From: Tetramitus jugosus
Lineage: Eukaryota > Protista > Heterolobosea
DNA length: 64,000 nucleotides
Direction of reading: 5' to 3'
Assembly: GCA_937625935.1 (NCBI GenBank)
Contig: OW569353.1
Coordinates: forward strand, 496,001 to 560,000
Of the stretch, positions 34,453 to 44,321 are shown one piece after another. Both the position numbers and the translations under genes were made by a program. The notes below the pieces were generated by a model. It searched no databases. It was not told the DNA's origin and saw nothing but the letters and a program-made list of their open reading frames with translations. Within the stretch, counting starts at the first letter, position 1. Every line of letters starts with the position of its first letter.

Positions 34453-36933
34453 TTACAATTTGTCCAAGAACATGAGAGCTGTTGGAATTTCAGGGTTGAG
34501 TCCTTTGCGAACACGGATTTCGGTTGCAATCTTGTGTGCGAGACTGTCCTTCTCGTATGGATTCGAATTCATTGTTCTCCAATGATCGAATGAGCACTGA
34601 GGGAATGCCTGTCCAGATGTTGCAGCTCTCAATTCCTCTGTCAAACCAAAACTCTCAAGCACTGGAATATGACATGTGACAGTATACAACGTACCCACAT
34701 TTTGTTCCGTTGCCAATATCATTCCCTTTCTCTTATTCACTACATTGTAAATACCACCGAGAGCATTGTCAACAGTTTGTATTTCGACTTTGTACATTGG
34801 TTCGACCAATCGCGGTTGCGCCGAGAGTTGACTTGAGTAGTAGGCTTTTCTTGCTGCTGGTATCAATTGGCCTCCACCTCTGTGAATAGCATCAGCATGC
34901 AGAACAGCGTCCATGACATTGAATCGTACTCCTCTCATGCTCTCCTCACAAAGACCACCTTCCTTTGAAGCCCATTGAAAACTTGAAACAACACTGTCTT
35001 TGATTTCGTTCATGAAGTCAGTGGACTTAGTACAATCCACTACCACGTTAGGTCCACAGTCAGCGGGTCCAAAACACCAAATCTTCTTTGCTGAGTTAGC
35101 ATCCCAACCTTGATAATTGTCGACGATGTGTTTTGAAAGAGTCTTGGAATCCATAAGTGATGGATTAAGAATGCTGTTTTCCAAGTCAAGACTCATTTGC
35201 TCATCAATAGGAAGAGCTTGCATATAGAGTCTGTTGTGCTTGTTTGCTGATTTCGATAGGCAAGTATCAGACATTTGAGTTACTGTTTCCTTGAAGGTGA
35301 CTATGGGCTTTGATTTCAGTAGTTTGATTCCTTTGCAGTATTGATTCTCAAGATCGCCAAAACAAATATCCAGATGAAGCTCGCCAGCTCCAGCCATAAT
35401 ATGCTGACCTGTCTCTGATATCGTACATTGAAGAAGTGGATCACTCTTGGTCAGTTTCTTCAGACCTTCGACCAACTTACCAATATCAGAAGCCTTTTCT
35501 GTTTCGACAGCGATTTGTACAACTGGACTCACAGAATATTTCATATTCTTGAATGGGTGAGCGTCAGTGCATTCGAGATCAGTTACTGTACCAGTTTTGA
35601 CGATGGCATTGTCCAATCCCACCATACCAATACAGTTACCGCATTGAATCTCATCCACAGATCTAGTGACTCTTCCCATCATAACAAGAAGTCGTTGAAC
35701 ACTTCCCTTGTAAACATCAGCCTTTGATTGCGCTGGAGCTTCATATTGAGGACCCATGATTCTTACTTTGTGTCCCTGTTTAAGGGTACCACTGAAAACT
35801 CTGCCAAATGCAATGAATTTTCCTCCAGAACCTTCTGAAGGAACCATCTTTGAAACATAGACCATCAGAGGTCCATTTTCATCACAATCTCGAATAGCAG
35901 TAGCATATTGATCATCTGTCGGGCCTGTGTACAATAATGGATATCTATACTTCTGGGCAGTTTTTGGTGAAGGTAATCGATCAACAATAAGTTCGACTAG
36001 AGCTTCGTGGGCTGGAAGGAACTTTTGCATGATATTTTTCATCAATTCCTTCGAAGGAGCTTCTCTTTCTTGCGTTGTCAGGCGAACATCCAGAGCTGAC
36101 AACATTGAATCGAGTTGGATCAGATCATTGTTATTCACAACTTTAAACAGATTGAAGATTGGTTCCAACACAAATTGACAGAAACCTCGTTTGAGAGTGT
36201 TCCCTGTCTTTTTGGATATTCGATCTTTTTGCCACTTATTCGAATCAGGACAGAAGAACCAATCACCCCAGAGTCTCTTCAGAACTTTGTCTTCAGAAAT
36301 CTTGAACTTTGAAGCATACATCTTGGCGAATCTTCTCAGAGTGAATGCCCAGCCCATTTTACCAGCTCCAATGGCAACATTGCCTTTCACAGGACTCACC
36401 TCGAAACTATAACCAAGTGAGTGGTCAGTGTAGGTGGAGATGATAACATTGACACTTTCAACAATTCTCAGAAGGTTCTGATAGCATTCTTCAGGGTCTA
36501 ATTGAAGTTCAACAATTGCACGATCAAGCTTGTTGATCATTAACACAGGCACAATTCTTTCTTGGAGTGCCTGTCTTAGAACAGTTTCAGTCTGAGAGCG
36601 GCAGCCCTCGACAGAGTCAACAACGACCATGGCTCCGTCAGTTACTCGAAGCGCGGCAGTAACCTCAGAAGAGAAATCAACATGGCCAGGGGAATCAATG
36701 AGATTAATTAAGTACTCTTGTTCCTGGTACGGAAACATGAGGGAGATGGCTGTGGACTTGATCGTAATGCCCTTTTCGATCTCATCTCGACGAGTGTCCA
36801 TATATCTCTTGTTGCCAATGGCAGAGTGAGAGATGATACCTGCTGCTCCAACGAGAGAATCAGTCAGGGTACTCTTGCCGTGATCCACATGGGCGATCAC
36901 AGAGATATTTCGGATGTTTGTGCTTGATGTCAT
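34453..36933 (-). CDS. EEF2: Eukaryotic translation elongation factor 2 (probably a divergent paralogue)
   Basis: IRNISVIAHVDHGKSTLTDSL, GITIKST, DSPGHVDFSSEVTAALR, NKLD, GAGELHL, diphthamide loop HADAIHRGGGQ, GQAFPQC.FDHW. Confidence 0.95.
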   Translation of the reverse strand: MTSSTNIRNISVIAHVDHGKSTLTDSLVGAAGIISHSAIGNKRYMDTRRDEIEKGITIKSTAISLMFPYQEQEYLINLIDSPGHVDFSSEVTAALRVTDGAMVVVDSVEGCRSQTETVLRQALQERIVPVLMINKLDRAIVELQLDPEECYQNLLRIVESVNVIISTYTDHSLGYSFEVSPVKGNVAIGAGKMGWAFTLRRFAKMYASKFKISEDKVLKRLWGDWFFCPDSNKWQKDRISKKTGNTLKRGFCQFVLEPIFNLFKVVNNNDLIQLDSMLSALDVRLTTQEREAPSKELMKNIMQKFLPAHEALVELIVDRLPSPKTAQKYRYPLLYTGPTDDQYATAIRDCDENGPLMVYVSKMVPSEGSGGKFIAFGRVFSGTLKQGHKVRIMGPQYEAPAQSKADVYKGSVQRLLVMMGRVTRSVDEIQCGNCIGMVGLDNAIVKTGTVTDLECTDAHPFKNMKYSVSPVVQIAVETEKASDIGKLVEGLKKLTKSDPLLQCTISETGQHIMAGAGELHLDICFGDLENQYCKGIKLLKSKPIVTFKETVTQMSDTCLSKSANKHNRLYMQALPIDEQMSLDLENSILNPSLMDSKTLSKHIVDNYQGWDANSAKKIWCFGPADCGPNVVVDCTKSTDFMNEIKDSVVSSFQWASKEGGLCEESMRGVRFNVMDAVLHADAIHRGGGQLIPAARKAYYSSQLSAQPRLVEPMYKVEIQTVDNALGGIYNVVNKRKGMILATEQNVGTLYTVTCHIPVLESFGLTEELRAATSGQAFPQCSFDHWRTMNSNPYEKDSLAHKIATEIRVRKGLNPEIPTALMFLDKL

Positions 36934-38104
36934 GGTTCTACTAGGGTATGTTATAGGTTACTGGTTGTGTGTTATTGTTTGGTCTTGCTTGAGAATTGAA
37001 CATGGAGTTCCCTTTTAACATGTCGTTGCGGATTACTCCTACTACTGCATTCTCACTCGTAGTTCCCAAAATGGCAAAAAAGAAATGACGGATGATGGAA
37101 GGATACGAACTTTCAAGTCCTTGAGTCACTATCGGTTGAATGAATGGAAAAAAAATAGGACCGTACTGTAGAAAGCTGGTGGTTTTGTGTTCCACAGATT
37201 AGGAACATTATCTCACAATCAACAAACTTATTCGGCCGTCGAACTGATGGTATTAGTTATAGTATTGGCCAACATTCAGTTCATATGTTAATGACCAGTG
37301 CTCAGACCCAGCTCTATCTTGTACGACAAACATTTTGTGTTCAGTTCAGGTGACACGATTGCCATGAAACTCGATTTGAAGAATCTGAGTGACTCGAACA
37401 CTGCTTCCATGCAATCTCTTCAAGAATAACGACCATAACAGATATTCTAACACAAGAAATCTTGAACTATCCTGCCATATCAGTCATTGATCGTCAAAGA
37501 GTGACCATCAGAATGAAGCATCCTCGTTCCATGCTCGAAGAACCGATTCGCATGAATCTGGAGCTATATGAGAAATATCCCTCTTCTTCCCGCTTTAATT
37601 ATTTAGAAAGAAGGGAACAAGAACGCGAAGAACCATTAACGATGAAACTTAGTTGTCAAGAGCTACCTTCTATGGTATGTAAGGGAAGTCGGCAAAATGA
37701 ATTGGTACTGCTCAGCAAGAAGAATTGTTCTCACTGAAAATTTCTGTTTATTGGAATAAAAATGGGACCACAACTCGGAATAGAGCGTAATCCCACGAGC
37801 CACTTTGTGACTCTGAACTGTGAGGCAGTTACGACAGAATCAGTAAATATGGTGCTTTGTTGTGTTGGGTAGAAGATCTTGCTCTCTGTTCCTTCTATTT
37901 AACTCCAGAAACTGTATCTAGCGCACCCGATTTCATTATGGGATGCAGCACATCATCTTCGCGCCATTGAGGTAAAATGCAGAAGATCGGTTTTGGTGAG
38001 ATTGCCCTTTGTTCTAAGCAGGACTTGAGCCTATGTTTGGTTTCAAGATAAATGGCAAAACAACTCAGAAGGCACACATGAATGTTTTATTCTCAAACGC
38101 ACTC

Positions 38105-39532
38105 TCAACTCTGTTCTTCATTGGATGTGAATCGCCTGACAAGAGCCTGAAACGTGATCCGTGCGCAATGATAATAAAAATCCTTGTCGCTCTTCACATT
38201 ACTGTACCCGTTGACATCACACACGATACTCTTGAACCCATTGCCATCCTCGTTCATGACTCTCAAGATATCAAACCCACAAATACGTTGTTTCAATCCG
38301 ACCAATATCTTCCGACAAATCTCCATCTCTTCCTCCGTCAAATTCACTCGATCTCTGTGCTCCAGGCCACTGTTCGCTCGCTCGACAATACCATCAATCG
38401 AAGGACTCTTTCTCTGCTCTGCGTGCACATACAGATCAAAAATCTCATTTGTACGTTCATCAAAATCACCACACATGTACACTTTAATGTCCTTTCCACC
38501 ATATAGCTTCTGATACGGTTCATACAAGTATCCTTCTTGATTGAGATTCTTCACTTTATCCTGATCCACCACTTCACTTTGACCACAATTTCTCCAAAGA
38601 TCATCTCCATTGGTACCATGACCAGTGCGATGATCATTTTCACCTCTCGCATCATCACTCTCATCATCATTTTCATCATTTTCATCATCACTCTCATCAT
38701 TTTCATCATGGATATGATTCATTTTCCGTACTCGATTCCAACTCTTGTCCAATGCACTACTCTTATTCTTCTTTTTTCTAAACAATTTTCTACAACCAGA
38801 ATCATTCTCCAAATAAATGAAAATGTTGTGATTGTTTGCATCGAGTGGCTTCTCTACAAATGGTTTCATGAGTCGAACACCATTGTACTCTATCCAATTT
38901 GCATCCTCTATTATTTCACAATGATGATGCTGATTTTCACTACTATGATGATTTTGACTACTATTTTCAGAATGATGATTGTTGTTACTGCTAGTGATAC
39001 TATGATTTTGACTCTTATGATGATTGTTGGTAATGATGAAAAAGGGATGAGGAAGAGGTACGTGAATCGATTGCAAGTACTCATACATTGTCTTTCGATT
39101 CAACAGCACATTTCTCTGCAATTCAACATGATTCAAATCAAAAAACGGACAATCATCATCATTACTCCGACTACTCCGACTACCACTCCGACAATGGTGG
39201 TTGTGGGTATGTTTCATGTGATGAATGTAATCAATGGCTCGATCAATGGGAAAATCAGAGCAGTGATAACAGAGAATGGCATCACATGGAGTCCATTGGT
39301 TCACTGGTGTGTGAACAATTGTTTCATCTGAAAAACAAAAAAATTCAAATGAAATGTTTTCATGTTTGTGAGTGAGATAAAATTGAGAGGCTTGGTGGTA
39401 GAGTTGTTGGATAAAGAGTTGCGTGTTCGCTCCAGAGGTTTTCTTTTCCATGGAGCATATGCCGAGGCGAATTGTGCATTTGTTGTTGTTGGTGTTTTTG
39501 GTGGTATTTGTTGTTGTTGTTGGTGGTGGCAT
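38105..39532 (-). CDS. Vip1/PPIP5K-type inositol pyrophosphate kinase, ATP-grasp domain only
   Basis: LGICSMEKK, KPFVEKP..ANNHNIFIY, RKLFRK..NKSS, DIKVY, HAEQRKSPSIDGIVER, QRICGFDILR, VCDVNG; stop follows the kinase domain. Confidence 0.88.
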   Translation of the reverse strand: MPPPTTTTNTTKNTNNNKCTIRLGICSMEKKTSGANTQLFIQQLYHQASQFYLTHKHENISFEFFCFSDETIVHTPVNQWTPCDAILCYHCSDFPIDRAIDYIHHMKHTHNHHCRSGSRSSRSNDDDCPFFDLNHVELQRNVLLNRKTMYEYLQSIHVPLPHPFFIITNNHHKSQNHSITSSNNNHHSENSSQNHHSSENQHHHCEIIEDANWIEYNGVRLMKPFVEKPLDANNHNIFIYLENDSGCRKLFRKKKNKSSALDKSWNRVRKMNHIHDENDESDDENDENDDESDDARGENDHRTGHGTNGDDLWRNCGQSEVVDQDKVKNLNQEGYLYEPYQKLYGGKDIKVYMCGDFDERTNEIFDLYVHAEQRKSPSIDGIVERANSGLEHRDRVNLTEEEMEICRKILVGLKQRICGFDILRVMNEDGNGFKSIVCDVNGYSNVKSDKDFYYHCARITFQALVRRFTSNEEQS

Positions 39533-40530
39533 TTTCGTTTGTTGTTTTTTGGTTGTTTGTTATTGTTTTTATGTGCACACACGTGTTGAACTCTTTGAGG
39601 GACTGAAGGGATGGATAGTAATTTTCTTGAAGCAAATGACTTGAAAGAAAATAGGAGGTTGAAGGTTTCTGAAGTTGTTGTCCGTTTTGATAGGATGTGA
39701 TTGGGTTTCAATGCACGTCTGTCAGATATTTTTATTGTTTTACAGGATGAAACTGGACGAGGTTCTTTTGATCTCTGGGATTTTGTCCATCACGTGCTCT
39801 CGATATTTACCTCGGTAGGAGTCCGTGGGAATTGATACAATTTGAGCATGGCTTTCAAATCTCTGGAGCTCATCTCATTCCTCTTCTTGTTTCCTTGTAG
39901 GAAGTCCATGTGGCAACTCAGTGGATTCTGTTGTAGAGGCTTGGTTGACTGTTCAGGAAGTGAGTAGTGTGTGGGATGTTCGATACTGTTCTGTGTCAAC
40001 TTGTGTTGGTGATGGTTGTCGACTGTGGATGGTAGGGAGCTGTTCCGCCGTCTGACACAGCTCTTATCATCAGAGGTGGGAGGATGATAACACTGTTCTT
40101 CTTTGGTCTCTCCATCTGATCTCTTGGATTGCTCAACTAGATCCAATGATACCGGTGATTGAGATAAAATGAGTGCTTGTTTGTCGTTGTGTTCCTTTCC
40201 TTGATCTGTTCTCCCCTGTACACCATCAATATACCTTTCCGCAACACTTGAAACAATTCCCATTCCTTTTGTGGCTGTAAAACAAGTATGTTGTTGTTTC
40301 TTCCCCAATAAAAGGAAGAGTTATGTGAGCTTTTATCTTCTGGACAACCAATCCGCGATTTCATTTTAACTCGCTAATAATACAATCAAAGAAATGGAAG
40401 ATTATTTTGGCCATGACGAAAAAGGAAAATTCTCCCCTTAAGCAATGGGTCGTTCCAAATACCAAGAAATGTGTAAGAATAAACAAATATTTTTTTACAG
40501 GAGAAGAATCGCAACTACAGCAGAGCCAAC

Positions 40531-43123
40531 TTAAAAGAAATCTATCAGTTGGTTAGATTTCGATGATGCTGCCTTCTTGGCAGGAGCCTTCTTTGCAGGC
40601 ACTTCTTCCTCCTCGGACTCTTCTCCAGAGTACTCTGATCCAGATTCTTCATCTTCATCATCTTCTTCGTCTTCATCCTCCTCTTCATCTGTCTCCCATT
40701 CTCCAGATTCTTCGTCCTCTTCGTCCTCGTCTTCCTCTTCGTCTTCCTCCTCATCTTCCTCATCAGTCTCCTCCTCTTCGGTCTCCTCTTCATCAGAGTA
40801 GAAATTGTCATCGGATCCGACCAACTCAGAGTCTTCCTCATCTTCTTCCTCCTCTTCATCAGAGTAGAAGTGATCAACATCGCCAGAGAACAAGTCTTCT
40901 GTCTGCAACTTGTCGACCTGGGTTGTGTTTGCTGGTAGGATATCTTCAAGAACATTTCTAGCAGAAGAGTCTGGTGCCTTCTCAGGGAAGTCTGGTAATG
41001 CCTCGTAACCGAAAGTACTATGGTTCACGATATGAGACAGGGAACCAATTGTGAATCGAGAACGTTCATGGAATGAGCTGGACACTTGTGAAATTGGCTT
41101 CTTGGCCAAGAAAATTTCGCTGGCCTTGTCGGTCAAAGTTCCACAGTTGTCCTTTGGATTGAACAGAATAGTTCTGATGAGACGAGCGCGATCTCTAATG
41201 TCATAATTCAAATCGAATCTTGCCAAATTCAAAACATATTGGAACAACATATCCACAGAGTCTCCTTCCTTCAAATACAGTTTTGCACCAAGTGTCAAGG
41301 CTTGCAGCTTCACAATATCGCTTTCATCTGCAAAGCTCTTGGCCAAAATTCTGAGAGTGTCAGGTCCAATCTCAGGAACAATTTCGTAATATTCCCCGGT
41401 CATCCACACAATGCTGGCTCTTGCGATTGGCACTGTGATGTCTTCTAACAAAATACACATTTGCTTGATGAGTTTGCCATAAGCTTCAGGGTTCTTTTGT
41501 AGCAAGTGTCTGATCACAATAACTGCTTCTGCAACAACAGCCTCAGAGGAAGTTGTGACAAGGCTCATCAAATCATATATACAACTTTCGGTGACTTCTG
41601 GAATTTCAGATGCAACTCTACCCAAAGCCTTCACAGTTGAAGCAACAAAATCTCTCTCTGAAAATCTCATGTACGACTGAAGATGAGTGAGATAACCAAT
41701 AAAAAGAATTGTGTCAGCAACAATAACCAAAGAGAGAAACTAAGAACAGCAACTAAGCAGTACATACTCTAAATTCCTTCAAAATTTGGTGCACAGTGGC
41801 TTCTGTTGCCAACAGAGACAAAATTTCAAGCTTCAATTCCTTGATGAATCCTGGATCAGAAGAGAAAACATAAAACTCCTTCAAGCTTTCAGTAAACATG
41901 GTTGGTCTTTCCTTGGCCATTGTAGCAATGTTGGAAAGAACAACATATTGATATTCTCTGAAAGATCTGGTCAATCTCAACAATGGCTTCACCACTTTGA
42001 CACATTCAAGTTGAGGAGCCAAATGGAAAAAGAGAGAAGCAACAGCCAAAACAACAGATGAATTCTTTGTCTTCAACAATGGATAGGCTGACGACAACAA
42101 CAATCGATGATCAGCAGCTAGATCATAATCGTACAAATTGGTTGGCTTGTGTGCCAATGGATCTTCTTCCTCTTCACTCTCGTCATCAGAATAAAATTGT
42201 TGCTTTTGGAAACAATCTTCCCTGAATGGAGAAACAAACTGAGTTCTTCCATATCTCAACAGCGAGTCCAAAATGACGACTTGACCCCACTCTTCACAAT
42301 CAACAAGGTACTTGCATAGCTTTCTGTAGTGTGGATGAATAATTTCCCAATTCGATGGACACACTTCATTGAATGCAAACATGGCAGCACCCAACACCAT
42401 TGTGTTATTATCTCCCAACAATTTCTCAATCACATTGGTCAATTCTTCCTTCAATTCAGGATCGAGTGCATATGCCTTTGGAATGGCAACACAGGCAGCC
42501 TTTCTGACATAGGGCGACAAATCACTGGCACATTTTTTGATGGACATGACAATAATCTATTATACGTATAATCACATGATATCATAATTATTTCCACACC
42601 GAAAAAAAACAAACAATCAGTGAGTCAATATCAACATGTTGGTCGAGCTAAAAATGCATCAAATGAGAGAGAAAAATCACTCTCTCTCAAATAAAAAAGC
42701 AGTGAGTGATCATACCTGTGCAATGATTCCAACTTTGATGCTGGACATGACACGCAATGCCAAAGCACGAATAAATTGATTCTTGTCGGACAAATCCTTT
42801 TGGAAATTATTAATAGAGAGAAGAGCTTCATCTTGGCATCTCTCAGCATAATGAATCAAATACATGTACACGAGTTTTTTAACCTCCAATTGCTTGCACA
42901 CCACATTCTTCACCACATAGGGAAAGAGCTCTTCGACGTCTCTGCCCTTTGAGATCATTGCAACAATTCTTTTCATGGCAATCAACTTTTCATTGATTTG
43001 ATTGCTGTCCAATTGTTTTCTCAACACTTCAGCTTTTGTGTTTTGTGCTTGAAAGTATTGTGAATCGCCACCGCCGCTTGCCTTAACGGCAGAAGAGATC
43101 ATTTTTTCGACCACGGTGCTCAT
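40531..43123 (-). CDS. AP3B: AP-3 complex beta subunit (introns 41677-41767, 42557-42715)
   Basis: AMKRIVAMISKGRDV..LFP.VVKNV, KKLVYMYL..YAE, LLSINNFQKDL, DLSPYVRKAA, IHPHYRKLC, EWGQV, DHRLLL, YDIRDRAR; acidic hinge. Confidence 0.93.
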
Positions 43124-43505
43124 TTTTTGTGTATTTCCTTATTAAAATTTGTGTGTGTGGATGTGAGTGTGATTGTTCGTTTTGTGTGATTGTTCCTCCA
43201 CCAAAAAAAATAGCAATTTCGTTTGTGTGATTGTTTCGACTTGGAAAATGGAGGAAAAAATTATATGTTTTTCTCCTCTTCCTCGTGTTTCTCCCCAGTT
43301 ACAAAGAAACAATGGATATTAGTCCGAAATTGAAAGGTATTTTTTGTAAAAAATTTGGAAGGAGAATTAGCGGAGCAATTCTTGATGCGAAAAAGTTGAC
43401 CGTTAGGCTCGAGAATAAGAGAAATGATTTCTCGAGTTTTGTGACACAACCAGCTTGTTTGAGGCGGAATGGAAATCTGAGGAAACGAGCAACAAAAGTG
43501 TGAAT

Positions 43506-44267
43506 ATGACCAGAAGAACCAGAGTTGCATCCAAGAAGAGAAGAGACTCATCAGACTTTGAAGCGGCATCATCTGATGACGAAGATAACATTCGAACAAG
43601 GAAGAACACAACTGCAGACAGCAGTGACGAGGAATACCGAGATGTGAAACCCAGAGTCAAGAGGCGCAAGACTGCAACGACAACCACCAAAAAGGGTACT
43701 AGTTTGAAGAACCAGACAACAAACACGAAGAAAACAGAACAACAAATTGCTTTTGAAGAATGGGCCAAACAACAGAATGAACACTTTTCGAGTATTGACA
43801 ACCAGAAGCTGGTGGATGACTCTGAATCATTCTATCAGTACACATCGGACAATGAGCATGCAGATGCAACGAAAGAGCATAAGAATGAAAAGACTGTCAC
43901 AATCGCCAGCTCTTCTCAGACGAGCAACAGCAGCAGCAGTGGTGGCGGTGGTTTGTTTGACAATAGCCCACAACCTGACAACATCCACAGAAGATTGGAC
44001 ATGAGCGTCGAAGATGTAATTTATAGTTCGTTGAGTGATAGTCAGCACTTGGACCTATCATTTGAATTGTCTAGTACTTCGGCAGCACCTGTCAGCACTC
44101 CAAAGACGTCAGATGATTCTGTTGCGATGACTCCCGCTGAATTGCAACTAAAGCAACGATATCCCACATTGTATACAGAGTATCTAGAGTACCGTCGGGC
44201 CATTCTCGGTATTGTGGAGCCATTGTCATTTTCTGATTTCGTTGAACAGAATGGAATTGGAATTTAA
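43506..44267 (+). CDS. Hypothetical disordered basic/acidic protein
   Basis: ORF with NLS-like KRRK and short helical C-terminus. Confidence 0.6.
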   Translation: MTRRTRVASKKRRDSSDFEAASSDDEDNIRTRKNTTADSSDEEYRDVKPRVKRRKTATTTTKKGTSLKNQTTNTKKTEQQIAFEEWAKQQNEHFSSIDNQKLVDDSESFYQYTSDNEHADATKEHKNEKTVTIASSSQTSNSSSSGGGGLFDNSPQPDNIHRRLDMSVEDVIYSSLSDSQHLDLSFELSSTSAAPVSTPKTSDDSVAMTPAELQLKQRYPTLYTEYLEYRRAILGIVEPLSFSDFVEQNGIGI

Positions 44268-44321
44268 TAAGTGGACTTATATTTTATGAAATAAATAGGA
44301 TCGAATAAAGAAGCTGTTCCA

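Noticed and set aside
37210-37740. Possible SPRY-like coding remnant (FSSGDTIAMKLDL)
   Set aside because: Too short and fragmented to support a call
38537-39331. 264-aa hydrophobic + strand ORF
   Set aside because: Antisense shadow of GAT/CAT-rich tracts in the Vip1-like gene
39790-40364. Minus-strand ORFs between Vip1-like and AP3B
   Set aside because: No motif and no clear start; remnant or noise
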